Positions 1-12,875 of a DNA stretch of 64,000 bases are shown here, piece after piece; position 1 is the first letter of the stretch, and every line of letters begins with the position of its first letter. Position numbers and translations under genes: made by a program. The notes under the pieces are model-generated. The model saw only the letters and a list, made by a program, of their open reading frames with translations. It made no database searches and was not told where the DNA came from. Source of the stretch: Octopus sinensis (taxonomy: Eukaryota); NCBI RefSeq assembly GCF_006345805.1, contig NC_043000.1:6448001-6512000 (forward strand), given 5' to 3'.

Positions 1-91
1 TCAGATGAATTCAATAATTTAATTGATTTCTATAATGGACGGACACACACACACAAATGTGTGTGTATATATGTATGTATATATTTATGTA

Positions 92-127
<36 letters not shown>

Positions 128-296
128 ATCATCCTCATCATCATCGTTTAACGTCCGCTTTCCATGCTAGCATGGGTATATTCATATATATATATATAGA
201 TATATGTGTGTGTGTATATATATCATCATCATCATCATCATCATATATATATATAATATGTATGCACACACACACACATATATATATGTATATATA

Positions 297-327
<31 letters not shown>

Positions 328-908
328 TTGTGGTGTGTGTGTATATGTATACACACACACACACACACACATATATGTTTATTACAAATTGTTTAGAATA
401 TCATGTAACTGGATTTTTTTGGACTTCATGTACAAATTTTTTTTTGTGATGTTCAAAAATGCACCAACATTTATTCACTATAAGCTTTATTGATCACCAA
501 TCAATATATACCAATTTCTTCATTTTCTTCTTTTTTGTTGCAGCTTCACAGTGAATTTTCAAGTGTTATCAGAGAATAAAAGTACACAGGAATTTTTAAA
601 TGAATGAATGAATAAAAAAAACATTAATTAAAAGAGAAGGCTTGTTTTTACTTTATTATTTTCTTTACTTCCTTCGTGATAACAGTTTTACATTGTCAAA
701 GAAATTTAAACAATTATTAACATTTATAAAATATAAATATGTATAAAATATATGCAGATTTATTTGTATGTATATATATAGTTTTGAAAGTGTATATGTC
801 TTCAAAAGCATCAGCAATGGGATAATTGCATTGTGTTCTTATGAAGCCAGTTTTAACAGGGTCGCAGAGTACCAGAGCAATGTATTAACACACAGCCAAT
901 ATTAGGAA

Positions 909-944
909 TCAATTAAGTTTCAACCAATAACGATAAGTAACCAT
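909..944 (-). CDS. Putative terminal exon following 1052-1232
   Basis: A pyrimidine-rich acceptor (tttctcttcttaacatttgaag|) precedes MVTYRYWLKLN*. Phase 0 matches the upstream donor across a 107-nt intron. Confidence 0.3.
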   Translation of the reverse strand: MVTYRYWLKLN

Positions 945-1051
945 CTTCAAATGTTAAGAAGAGAAATGTTGTTTGGTTTAACCCTCCATACAATATTGAT
1001 GGAAAAAAAGGAAAAAAAGCAACATTGTAAAACCTTTTTTCCTATTTATAC

Positions 1052-1232
1052 CTGATCAGAATATATTTTCAAACAAGAGCAACAAAACATATAAAGGTGA
1101 ACAAAACCTATGTGTAGAATATGTCGAATTTTGTTAGGTACCCCAATGAAGAATATTGTAAACAAACCAAGTACGAAAAGAGATGGCATACTTTGCCGAA
1201 ATATAGAGTTCTGATTACTAGAAGACAAATGA
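1052..1232 (-). CDS. Putative internal exon of an unidentified membrane-protein gene
   Basis: ttttaatctag|T CAT TTG...GAT CAG|gtataa is a non-repetitive open frame: HLSSSNQNSIFRQSMPSLFVLGLFTIFFIGVPNKIRHILHIGFVHLYMFCCSCLKIYSDQ, with two hydrophobic stretches. No family recognised. Confidence 0.4.
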
Positions 1233-2639
1233 CTAGATTAAAACATTGTATACCACACTCATACATCAACAGTTTTTAAAATTATATTTGGTAATTGTAA
1301 GTTAAAGGAATAATTTCCAACATTCCATTATCAATGCTAGATAAGGCACCAGGATTAAAGAATTTATCAAAGTACATCAGCCTCTGTCTTGCAGAGAAAC
1401 TTCATATCTTTTGTTACTCTTCTCAAAGCCTAAATAAAAGAAAGAACTTATTTTGGCTCAAATTCTTTTAAAGTAGCCTTCCTCTAGCAAGATCATTAAT
1501 AATTGATTTAAGAGATCAGATTGAATGCAATTTAAACTGTTCAGTCACTATCTGTCACTTCTTTTTCATCCACTGTTGTTCACAGTCAACAAAAAACCCC
1601 CAATGGAACGAAACTTTGGTTTAGATATTTAATTCTCTGTATTTTATATACATCAAACATATATAAGACTCTATATATTTCTTAGAAAAGGGTGTATGGC
1701 GTACTTTAATGTTTTTGCAACACAAAATTAACAAAAATAATATCAGAGATGTGTGTGTGTTTGTATAAGTGCATGTGTGTGTGTGTGACTGTATGTGTGC
1801 ATGTATTCAGAATTTTTTATACCTCATCCTCCTCACTTTCATTACTTCCTCTCCTCTCATTCTGCTCATGCTACCAAACCCATCACATTCACATTCATAC
1901 AATTTCTTCTGTCCACCCACCCAGTCATGCCTGCTTTGAATAAACAGGCTCAGCTTGGAGTAGAGAAAACTCTTTAGTCTTTCAGAGGACAAAGCAATTA
2001 TCCTAGAGTTGGTGTTATAATCAAAGGCAACCAGAAAAACTCTGTAGAGTGGTCGGCAAATTGACAAATACAACATGGAGAGAGTATATGGTCTTGTTGA
2101 GAACATGACAACCTTTCTGCTGATGGTGTCATGATAAAATGCATGTTGTGCACTCTACAAAGTGATTCGTGCTAGGAAGTGCATCCTGCCATACATAGGA
2201 TGCCAAATCAAACGTCCCAGTGGGATAAGGAAGTCTGCACCTAGGAGATCTGCAACTTCAAATAAGAGCCACGTTGCCAGCAAAGTAAATGAATGTAAAA
2301 TGAGAAGGAAGAGGGATGTCTTTTTATTTGTGGATATATATACTTAATCTTATGTATGTATATACTATGTATGTACACATAATTTGTGTGTGTGAGTGTA
2401 TGTGTGTGTATCGTCCTACCTATGTATTCCAATAAATGATATTCATAAAGTTTGCCAGACTTTTTAACAGTTATTCGCATTATTTCTTCCAACAAGATGC
2501 ATATCAGGCTGGCTTTTCATTTTTTTCAGTTACTTTTCCTTTCACAAATCACACTCTTGATAATTATTATTATTTTTTTTTTCTTTTTTGGCATTTTCAT
2601 ATTTATAACAACATAACAACATAACAGAACCAAGAAATA

Positions 2640-2790
2640 CAGCTTGTAACTCTCCTCAAAGCTCAGGTGAAACCCACAATGGAATACTGCTCCCATGTCT
2701 GGGACAGTGTCCTTACTAACATTCTGGACCATATCCAAATGAAGGCCATTTTATTAATTGACAGAGTCTCACTCACCAACAACCAATGAC
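2640..2790 (+). pseudogene. CR1/Jockey-group LINE reverse transcriptase C-terminal fragment
   Basis: Reads QLVTLLKAQVKPTMEYCSHVWD...ILDHIQMKAILLI, matching the 'LY...VRP.LEYC..VW' post-RT motif. Confidence 0.6.
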
Positions 2791-3062
2791 TCACAGATCA
2801 ACTCTATTCTATCCATCTCATTTCACTGATCTCAAAGGATATGCAAAGGTCACAGGGCAAAACCTCTCCTTCCTGACTAAACTTGATCATATCTGTGTGA
2901 ATGTAGATTATATATATGCATAGTATATATATATATGTAGGTAAATATATATATATACACATATACATACATATATACATATACATTCTTATATTCTTTG
3001 AAAGAAACATATATGCATATATACATACACATATATAAACAGACATACCACACACACACATC

Positions 3063-3104
<42 letters not shown>

Positions 3105-3637
3105 TCTGAACCATTGGATCTTGTTGAACAATCAAATCGAAGCCACCTTAGAAAGCAGATATGAAATGACATAACATAATGACAACAATGATGTTGATTT
3201 ATATATATACATACATACATACATACGTACATACATACATACACACATATATACATACATGGTGGTGGTGGTGGTTGTCTACTCCTTATGCAGAGTTTGA
3301 CCACCTCCTGTACCTACACCTTAGAACTATCGTGGCATCTGATGTGGGTTTTTTAAACCAATGTTTTGAAAAGACACCCGCATGGACTGCATATCCAATT
3401 TGGACCACCAAGAGCTGCAGTCAAGTTCTGATCTTTGTGGATATTAACATGTCTTTTGAGACCTTCATTAGAATTGCACACCTGGCACACATTGCATTGA
3501 AATGTGTGCACAGACATATATATATATACAAATATAAATATAATAATATATATATATATAATATATATATATATTTTTTTTTCTTTCTTTTTTCTTTACT
3601 TGTTTCAGTCATTTGACTGTGGCCATGCTGGAGCACC

Positions 3638-3717
<80 letters not shown>

Positions 3718-3724
3718 TATTACA

Positions 3725-3905
3725 GTTCTATATTTAAGAGATGAGGAATTATATCCATTATTTACATTTGACGGATATTTGTCCTCATCTTGTTTGTTGT
3801 TAGCACAACGTTTCGGCTGGTATACCCTCCATCCTTCATCAGGTGTCTTGGGGAAATTTCGAACCTGGATTCTCATCCCCAAGGTATTTTTCGATGTTGT
3901 TGTTG

Positions 3906-3944
<39 letters not shown>

Positions 3945-4237
3945 TCACTGCCTGGAATCAAACTCGGAATCTTGGGGTTAGTAGCCCGGGCATATGTCAT
4001 AGTGGTTAAGAGCATGGGCTACTAACCCCAAGATTCCAAGTTCAATTCCAGGCAGTGACCTGAATAATAATAATAACAACAACAACAACATTGAAAACTA
4101 TCTTAGGAATGAGAATCCAGGTTCAAAATTTCCCCAAGACACCTGATGAAGGCTGGAGGGTGTATCAGCTGAAACATTATGTTAATAACAAACGAGATGA
4201 GGACAAATATCCATCAAATGTAAATAGTGTAAATAAT
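3725..4237 (+). mobile_element. Fold-back non-autonomous retroelement: tRNA-like head plus Penelope-type tail with hammerhead-like motif
   Basis: Arms ~3770-3987 and ~4016-4225 are reverse complements. The centre has A-box-like TAGTGGTTAAGAGC and B-box-like GTTCAATTCC. Both arms carry CTGATGA...GAAAC. Flanked by (TA)n. Confidence 0.7.
3802..3847 (-). ncRNA. Minimal type-I hammerhead-like motif (C3-G8)
   Basis: gacac-CUGAUGA-a-ggaugg(agggUAUA)ccagcc-GAA-ACGU-U-gugcu. A more decayed inverted copy lies at 4138-4183 (+). Confidence 0.65.
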
Positions 4238-4482
4238 ATATATATACAAAACAAAACACCTTGGGTGGTGAGTAAGAAGGTTAGTATCGTTCCGCCATCA
4301 GATTGCCTCTCTGGGCCACCATGCCAGGTGCTAAGTAGTGCACAAGAGTACACCAAGCATGTCTGACAATGGGGTTACCCCACGGTGACAGCTCACTTGC
4401 TTTTTGATACCCAACCATTGTCTGATGTTACAAATCTTCCCCAATAACATTAAAGTACACATGTATGTATGTGTTTATATAA

Positions 4483-4690
4483 GTACTGAAAAGTTCTTGG
4501 CTTTCGGTAAAAGAATATACAAGAGGATCAGTTAATTATGATTTTATTCAACATATTCCCCTCTCAGATTCACACACTTATTGCAGCAATCCTTCAGTTT
4601 TTCTAAGCCCTGTAAAAAAGAACTCAGAAGGTTGGGCCTCCAATCAAGCCTTTTGTGATCCCCTTAAAGCCAGCAACTTTTCAGCACTGA
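4483..4690. mobile_element. Tc1/mariner-type MITE (TIR ~ctgaaaagttcctggctt)
   Basis: Ends gtactgaaaagttcttggctt...aagccagcaacttttcagcac. Homologous copies lie at ~13875-14083, ~23437-24040 and ~52533-52742. Confidence 0.65.
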
Positions 4691-7448
4691 CTCATATATA
4701 CATATATACATACACATATACAACTGGCAATTATACCTTTGTTTATTTCCTATTCTATGTAATGAACATGGTCAACTTTTTGACCATCATTCCCAACTCC
4801 ACTACCTTTTATCTACTTCTATGTTCTCATTACAACAAACAAGTCTTGCTCAGTTTCTTATAACAATATTGAAAGACACCTATGAGCTCATATTATTTAT
4901 TACTTTAATCTACAATTATCTGATCATCTTAATACTGTGGAGCACTAGCATACTTCATGAAGTACTCCATTAGCTTGTAATTAATGAGAATAATACCCTC
5001 ACTGATGAGAATGACAGCAGGTATCTTTGGTCTTTTCCCTAGTTGTTCTTTCATCTTCAATACTACATTCATTAGCTATCATCCTATTACACTTTGCTCC
5101 CTTGATTCACTCCCTTGATGCCCTCTCTTTCCTTAGGTCCCCTCCTAACCATATCATGAAAGGCACTGTTGCCTTTTCCCTATTTTAATTGACTTCCATT
5201 AGTTCAGCTATCAATTATCAATTAATTTCCTCTCCTCATCATCTAGCTCTGTCCATTTGCCTTATCTCTCGCTAACACTTTCTCTTATCACTTCTCCATT
5301 CCTCCTATTCGTCTCTTTCTTTATTTTGTTTTTGTTTTGTTTCTTCTTTAGTTATATCATTGCTTTCCTTTCTTTCGTGTTCAGTCTCATACATACTCTT
5401 TCTTTCTCTCTTGTTCCCTCTGTTCACTCATATATGGTAGCAATTTTTCATGCTCATTTCAATACTGCTTTTTTTTAGCTATTCATTAAGTGCTCAATCA
5501 GTAATTAATCAACAATAATCACTATAATTTCATGGAATCGGAGGATGCCTGCAACAGCAAGATTCAGTTTCAAAGAGAAGCAGAAAGAAAGACATATATG
5601 TTCAGAAAAGAAGGAATATGTAATGTCTTGTGTAGAGAGCTCTTCATTACACTCAGTGATTCATTCCTTACTTTCTCTTATCAGGAAAAAAATGTAATTC
5701 TTAATATGTCTCTTCAATGTCCACTTTAAGATGTCCTAAAAGATCAAACAGAATTCATTGAGGTAGATTTTCTATGGTCAAATGCTCTTTCTGTTGTGGT
5801 CACTGATCCTGTTATGAACTCTCATGCAAACATGTCTCCATAGCAAGACAAGTCTGTGTGGAAGTCTGGAAATGAGGGCGACTTCTTGTATGATGGTAAC
5901 ATTCATTGAGTGCTATTACATGTATGTATGTGTATATATATTGTATGTATGTGTATATATATTGTATTCATGTGTATATATATTGTATGTATGCATATAT
6001 ACACACATATATATTCACCGGCATTCACTTTTATGGGTGTGTAAGTATGCACAAAGTTTCCTTATTTGTTTATTTATTTATGTATTTATTGAAACAGCAT
6101 GACAGCCAAATTATTTGAGGAAAGATGAATCATCCGTGTAACATTGTAATTGCTTTTATAGTTTGTTCTGTGTTTATCAAAGGAAATGCTATTATCACCA
6201 GTACATAAATTCACAACACCTTGGTGATCCTGTCATGAACTCTTGGGTAAACATGTCCCCATGGCAGGACATGTTTGCATGGAAGACTGGAAATGAGGGT
6301 GGCTTCTTGTATGATGGTGACATTCATTGACAACTATTGCATGATATCGACCCCAGTGCATAACTGGTACTTATTTAATTGACCCCGAAAGGATGAAAGG
6401 CAAAGTCGACTTTGGCGGAATTTGAACTCAGAACATAGTAGCAGACGAAATAGCGCTAAGTATTTCGCCCGGCATGCTAACATTTCTGCCAGCTCACCAC
6501 TTTTGTTTCTGTTAGATATTAAGGATATATATATACTTATGGTTTGAGTTCTATTTTTCCTTTTTGCATCACCAGACCTACATATGTGTGTGTGTGTGTA
6601 CGTGTGTGTGTGTGTGTGTATGTGTGTGTAACTGATGAGCTTCTTTTAGTTTCCATGTACCAAAATCACTCACAAGGCTTTGGTCAGCCTGGAACTATTG
6701 TAGAAGACACTTGCCCAAACACATGCCATACAGTGAGACTGAACCCAAAACCAAACACTTGGGAAGCGAACTATTGGCCTCACATCCGTGCTTGCTTCTA
6801 TGCAACATCTGCACCTACATATATATACATTATACTCACACACATATCATATACATATATGTATATATACATTTGTTTAAACACATATATACAAACATGT
6901 AGATAATTTGATCCCCAGAAATGCAGCAGCAACTCTCTGTCAAAACTTCATCAAATAAACACCGTTTAACATTTAAGGTCAAACTCAGCTGGCAGTGCTG
7001 CATCGATTATTGTATATAATTTAAATAATATAGATTATTTAAGTAAAATATCTTATCTATATTAAAAGGAGACATAAATGTTACAAATATTGACCCCATT
7101 GACTCCAAAATCATTTTTCAATAGGAAAATTGGATAATCAATGATTCAAGAACAAAATATACAAGTTAACATGAAACAAGCCAATAATTTTCTGTTTTAA
7201 ATAATAATATATATATATAAATAAATACAACAGAGTGAGTCTCAATGCCAAAATTATACATTACGTAGTTATTGATAACTTCAGATTCAGAATCAATATT
7301 TTCTGCTTGAACAAAAGATTAAGGGGGGGAGGGATTTATATGGAAAATATGATTTTTGCAAGCAATTTCCATGAATTTGGGTGTTTTTCAAGCTTTAATA
7401 TCAGGAAAGTCAATAAATTATGGTTCCTTTTTCAACAAGATAATTTTG

Positions 7449-7503
<55 letters not shown>

Positions 7504-8048
7504 TCTCTAGCAGCAAAATGATAAACATTTAACTCTGCGCTTTACATTAGGTTCATTGTTAGATAGTGGTCCCAATTGCTGTTCATGTACCCTACATATT
7601 ATTAAACATCCAAACATTACTGTGTATATATATATATATAGTACACACACACACACACACATATGTATATGTTGGGCTTCTTTCAGTTTCTCTCCACCAA
7701 TCCACTCACAAAGTTTGGTTGGCTGAAGGCAACAACAGAAGATACGTGCTCAAAGTGCCATACAGTGGGACTGAACCCAGGTCCGTATTATTGAGAAATA
7801 ATCTTCTTACCACACACCCATGCCTGTGCCTATATATATACACGTCAAGAGCACCAGCCCTCTTCCACATGCACACACAAACTCTCTTATACACACACAT
7901 GCACACCTTCATTTTGGGATCACCACTACTTTATTATCTTCCCTTCTCCCTAGCTCTCCTGTGTGACCCTTCTGTCTGGCATTCGCCATGATAGATCGCT
8001 AGCCACTACACATTTTTTTATTTTCTCTCCTTGCTTCTGTCTGTGTTC

Positions 8049-8084
8049 CTTTCTGTGGAAGAGCATAGGCTTGAAATGTTAAAG
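8049..8084 (+). ncRNA. Decayed hammerhead-like motif in a Penelope-type tail
   Basis: cuuu-CUGUGGA-a-gagc(auag)gcuu-GAA-AUGU-U-aaag. Homologous to 31121-31158. Confidence 0.45.
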
Positions 8085-8165
8085 ACTTTTTCACTTCTCA
8101 AGCGTTATACTAATACATCTGTTTGTTGTCTACACCACTTGTCTTCATCTTTTTTTTTTGTGAAT

Positions 8166-8235
<70 letters not shown>

Positions 8236-8349
8236 AAACAAAGTTATTTTATTCCATAGGAGTAGAAATATAGGAAATAGAAGTTGAAAATGCACTGAGA
8301 TGTGGCTTATGTCACAACTGCAACATAAGCCACGTCTTTCTATTTCAAC

Positions 8350-8386
8350 TTTTTGAAAATCAGTGTAAACTGTGAAACCGGTTAAA
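8350..8386 (+). ncRNA. Minimal hammerhead-like motif, U3-A8 core variant
   Basis: uuu-UUGAAAA-u-cagu(GUAA)acug-u-GAA-ACCGGU-U-aaa. It lies between inverted arms ~8268-8300 and ~8422-8456. Confidence 0.55.
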
Positions 8387-8597
8387 TCTTTAAATATAAT
8401 GATAAAAAAATATTTTAACTATTCTCAGTGCAAATTCAACTTTTATTTTTCCTATATGTATATTCTTTTTTTGGAACAGTGAAACTTGAAGCAGATAAAG
8501 ATGTAAATAAATAGCATGTAAATATTAGGTTTCAAAAACCCTTTGGATGGAAAAAGCTGAAGGTTGTCCATGAACATTTTGTGTGTGTGTGTGTGTG

Positions 8598-9460
8598 TGT
8601 TTGGTGTAATACCCAATGACTGGTACAACAGCATAATTGTTAGCTGCTACAAGGGTAAGGGTGATGTTTTAGATAGAAGCAATTATAGAGGCATCAAACT
8701 CCTAGACCAGGTGATGAAAATTACAATGACGGTTATAGCCCAATTAATTAAGAGCAGAATTAGGCTAGATGAAATGCAGCTCTGCTTTGTCCAGGGGAGA
8801 AGCACTACTGACACTATTTTCATAGTCAGGCAACGGCAAGGGAAGTACTTAGCTAAGAATAAACCATTATACTTGTCATTCATTGATCTAGAGAAAACTT
8901 TCGATAGAGTACCCTGTTGTGTGATATGGTGGGCTTTGAGGAGGCTAGGGATAGACAAGTGGCTGGTGAAAGCTGTACAGGCCATGTACAGAGACACTGT
9001 CAATAAGGTGAGAGTTAACCATGAGTACAGCAAAGAATTTGCAAGAAAGAAGACTGCACTGGTTTGGTCATATGATGCAGATGGATGCTGACAGCTCCAT
9101 AAAGAAGTGACAAGCTCTCAAAGTAGATGGAACATGTGTAAGTAGAGGACCCAGGAAGATATGGGACGGAGTACTGAAGAATGACCTTTGGATGCCGAAC
9201 TGTTCAGGCAAGCTGACAAGGGGCCAGGATGCCTGGCACCTTGCTGTACTCAAGAAGACCCGAGCACTACAGCAGAAGTGTTAAATCTAGTTCTCCCTGG
9301 TAGAGAGGATTGACTAGCAAGAGTCCTGTGTCAGTGCCATGTGAAATGCACTTATGACAATGCTACATAAAAGCACTCATGAGGTGCCACTTAAAAGTGC
9401 CTGTGAGGTGTCATGTTAAAATATCTATACGGTGCCATGTAAAAGCACTCATGCAGAGCA
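8598..9460 (+). mobile_element. RTE-clade LINE fragment (RT N-terminal part joined by an internal deletion to the 3' end)
   Basis: IPNDWYNSIIVSCYKGKGD..DRSNYRGIKLL...GRSTTDTIF...LSFIDLEKTFDRVP, followed by the C-terminal 'WFGH..QM...RGPRKIW' region and gtaaaagcac tail repeats. Confidence 0.9.
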
Positions 9461-9478
9461 TGTATCTATATGCAGTTA

Positions 9479-9683
9479 TGTCTATGTCAGGTCATAGAGT
9501 GACCAATGGTTCCACATCCATAAAGGACCTAGCTCCATGGATAAGCTGTCCATGGGGTTTGACCTTTTATGGACGCAAAACCGTTGGTCACACTGTGATC
9601 AGGCATAGACCGACAAGCTGTCCATGGGGCTATGTACTTTTATGGACACAAAACCATAGGTCACTCTATGACCAGACATAGAT
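9479..9683. mobile_element. Small inverted-repeat element (MITE-like) with internal direct duplication
   Basis: tgtctatgtcaggtcatagagtgacc...ggtcactctatgaccagacatagata. The stretch agctgtccatggggg...tttatggac occurs twice. A related end lies at ~55540-55585. Confidence 0.6.
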
Positions 9684-9816
9684 ATAACTTCATATGAATA
9701 TATATATATATATATATATATAAAGGAACACACACTACATACATACATTCATTCATACATATATACATACATACATACACACATACGTGCATGCATGCAT
9801 GCATGCATGCATACAT

Positions 9817-9849
<33 letters not shown>

Positions 9850-9937
9850 TACATACATACATACATACATACACACACGCACGCACGCACGCATACATAC
9901 ATACATACATACATACATACATACATACATACATACA

Positions 9938-9969
<32 letters not shown>

Positions 9970-10389
9970 GGCATGCATGTATGTATGATGTATACATTTA
10001 TAAATATGCATAAATATGTGCATAAAATTAATTTGAATTTGAATCTTTACAAATTGTCATTGTATGTTTTGTTTTACCAGTTTTTAAGCAATAAAAGTGT
10101 TTAAACAACATTCTCATATTTATACCTGTGATTAAGGAAAACCATTGAATACACAAAACCAAAAGATAAAATTTTGGTTTGCTTCTAACAGTATTTCACA
10201 ATGCTCATCCAAGAGGTATTTTGAAATAAGCTACAGAAATAAGGTGACATAAACATTAAATGCACATAAATATATTAAAATCTTTAATTTGTTTGATATA
10301 TGTATCAGCATGCTATTGTCTGGTATTCAATTATAAGACTTTTAAAATATTTCAACTGATATTTTAAATTTTAGTAAGAATAATATATT

Positions 10390-10975
10390 AGCTATGAACA
10401 GGTGTTTAAAACAGAATTCATTTGAAGCAATGTATTCACTTACTCTAAAGCACAAAGATCACAGCCATTGTTATATAAAATTTGATATGTTCTAATATCT
10501 TCCAAATTATTTTATAGTTCCTTTTTATTATTTCTTAAATACCAGATTAATTTCATAAATCTGGGCCCAAAGATCTGAAAGTATGCTGATGATGATTGAA
10601 TCTTAGCTTGAAAGGATTCTCTGTCAACCTGATATAATCCTTAATAACTGAATTGTTCACTGTAAATACTTTTACACTATAAATTACCAATTTCAAAAGA
10701 AATAAATTATTCAATGGGCAATTTATTAGAGTAAAATAGTTGCGGAAACAAGGGAAATTGGATGTAGGTAGCTATTTAAAATCTTTATTGTTAATATTTA
10801 CAATTTTTGTATCAAAACTGTGTACAGGTGAAACTTAATTTAGCATTATTTCTATTAAAAATTTCATATGATCTATTTTAAATACTTGATGAATGTATTA
10901 AAGGAATCTTTACCCACATTTGTACTCACATTTAGACTAAATGGAATATTATACCAAATAACTTTGCTTTCTTGT
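10390..10975 (-). pseudogene. Decayed Penelope-like element ORF (post-RT linker plus GIY-YIG endonuclease)
   Basis: Minus strand: VIWYNIPFSLNVSTNVGKRF...IFNRNNAKLSFTC...CPLN...VIYSVKV...DYIRLTENPFKLRFNHHQHTFR...IWKIL...CDLCALE, with stops and frameshifts. Confidence 0.8.
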
Positions 10976-12029
10976 TTTCCATTATCATCGTTTTAACATC
11001 CACTTTTCTATGCTTGCATGGGTTAGGTGGAATTTGTTGAGGTGAATATTTTTCAGCTAGAAGTCCTTCCTGTTGCCAAACATCACTTGTTTTCAAGTGT
11101 GGTAACATTTCCTCTTGACCAGACATGTTTTTACAGAAGACTGGAAATGAAGAACACCACTTACATGACAGTGACACTTCTTTGCAACTATCACATGATG
11201 TTAAGGCAAGGAGACAGTAACACAACCATACATATTTATAACTAATTATGCAACAAACTTCTTTTCCATGTTATTTCTTCTTTAAGCATTAAAAGCTGAG
11301 TCAATGGAGAGGAGTTAAAACTAGATGAAATCTCCAGGTGGTTTAAATGTCCAAGTCTCCTAAGTTGCAAGAAAGAGTCAGCAGAAGGACACCCAAGAGT
11401 TATGACCTGGATATGGCCCAGCCCCATAAGAGCGTAAAACATTAAGAGCCAAAACCCTTGCCCGAGGCAGTGGTGTTTCTTCTTTGAAAACCTTTTTATT
11501 TTCAGATCTCTTGAGAGTTTCTTATCACTTTTTATATAATAAATTTCATTCTGAAAAACCACTGAACTTCAGCATTTATGATATGCATAGTTGAAGGAAA
11601 ATATTTAACAATATAAGAATTTGACAGCCCCATGCCATAAACAAATCTAAACAAATCTAAAATTTTCTTTCACTAAGTTGCATCTCACAGGCAATGTTTT
11701 TGTCATCATAAATCAAAATATTTCATTCATGTTTTTAAAAATGCTAACAGATACATGTCAAGGTATCTTCTAACATAGACACAAGTTCCATCAAGATGGA
11801 AAAGTTTTCTACTGCAAAGTGCATATTCAATGGGTTTCTTTAATTCATGTACATACAAACATAGATATGCACACACATGCAAACACATGTACACACACAA
11901 CAGTTAGTTGTGCAACAGTTAGAAAAAAAGCACATTCAGTACAAACACAAAAAAACAACAATGCGAGGACGTGGTACATGTAAAGCTACATGAAATATCA
12001 CTGAGTTAACTTTTTCTCTAGATTGTTTG

Positions 12030-12071
<42 letters not shown>

Positions 12072-12158
12072 ATACATATATATACACATACACACACACA
12101 CACGCATATATAGTCTGATGAGTATATGCATATATGTATGGATATATATATATATATG

Positions 12159-12212
<54 letters not shown>

Positions 12213-12216
<4 letters not shown>

Positions 12217-12818
12217 AATATGTTACATTACTCGATAGTCAACATAAAACTTTGAGTTTCAGATGCCGAAGTGGAAATCCACAACACCATCTCTTCGGTT
12301 ATCTGGAAGGTGCGGTCTATACGACATGGAGAGATAGCTTATCTGGAAAAGCAGCTTAGACCCTACTACATGTCTAAATACAAGGACAGAACTTTTCGGA
12401 TCATGCCCACATGTGACTAAATTTCTGTTACGTTTTTGGTCCCCTAAAGAAAACAGATAGAACATGCTTTCTATGTTATGTCCCAAGAAGACTTTATATA
12501 TTTTTATATATATTTTTATATATTTTTTATGTATTTTTATATAATTTTTATGACAAAAAATGCGAGCAATGTATAAGTACGCAGGCAAGCAGAGTTATAA
12601 CACAGTAATTTCCCTTTATTTAACGGTATTTTTTCATAGCGTTTTCAAATAGCCAGATAACCGAAGAGATGGTGTTGTGGATTTCCACTTCGGCATCTGA
12701 AACTCAGAGTTTTATCTTGACTATCGAGTAATATAACATATTATTGTATAGATAAATTTCCTCTATTTACATAATATTGAGGTCTCTTTCTTTCTTTTGT
12801 TATCTTAACATTTTATCA

Positions 12819-12822
<4 letters not shown>
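12213..12822 (+). mobile_element. 5'-truncated Penelope-like element with inverted pseudo-LTR
   Basis: 12213-12306 is the reverse complement of ~12653-12748. Between them the sequence reads RCGLYDMER*LIWKSSLDPTTCLNTRTELFGSCPHVTKFLL (GIY-YIG C-terminal tail). Inserted in (TA)n. Confidence 0.8.
12655..12717 (+). ncRNA. Hammerhead-like motif (U4C variant) in a Penelope pseudo-LTR
   Basis: agauaa-CCGAAGA-gaug...cauc-u-GAA-ACUCAGAGU-U-uuaucu, with a 6-bp stem I. An inverted copy lies at 12242-12304. Confidence 0.6.

Positions 12823-12875
<53 letters not shown>

Noticed and set aside
61-493. Many overlapping ORFs rich in Y/I/C/V/H/T (also at 2.8-3.9, 9.7-10.1, 15, 25, 33 and 52.7-53.1 kb)
   Set aside because: They are translations of (TA)n, (CA)n, (CATA)n and (GATA)n microsatellites.
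7508-7592. Minus-strand frame ending ...KRRVKCLSFCC* (Rab-like CC terminus)
   Set aside because: The acceptor is weak and no GTPase exons were found nearby, so it is likely chance.
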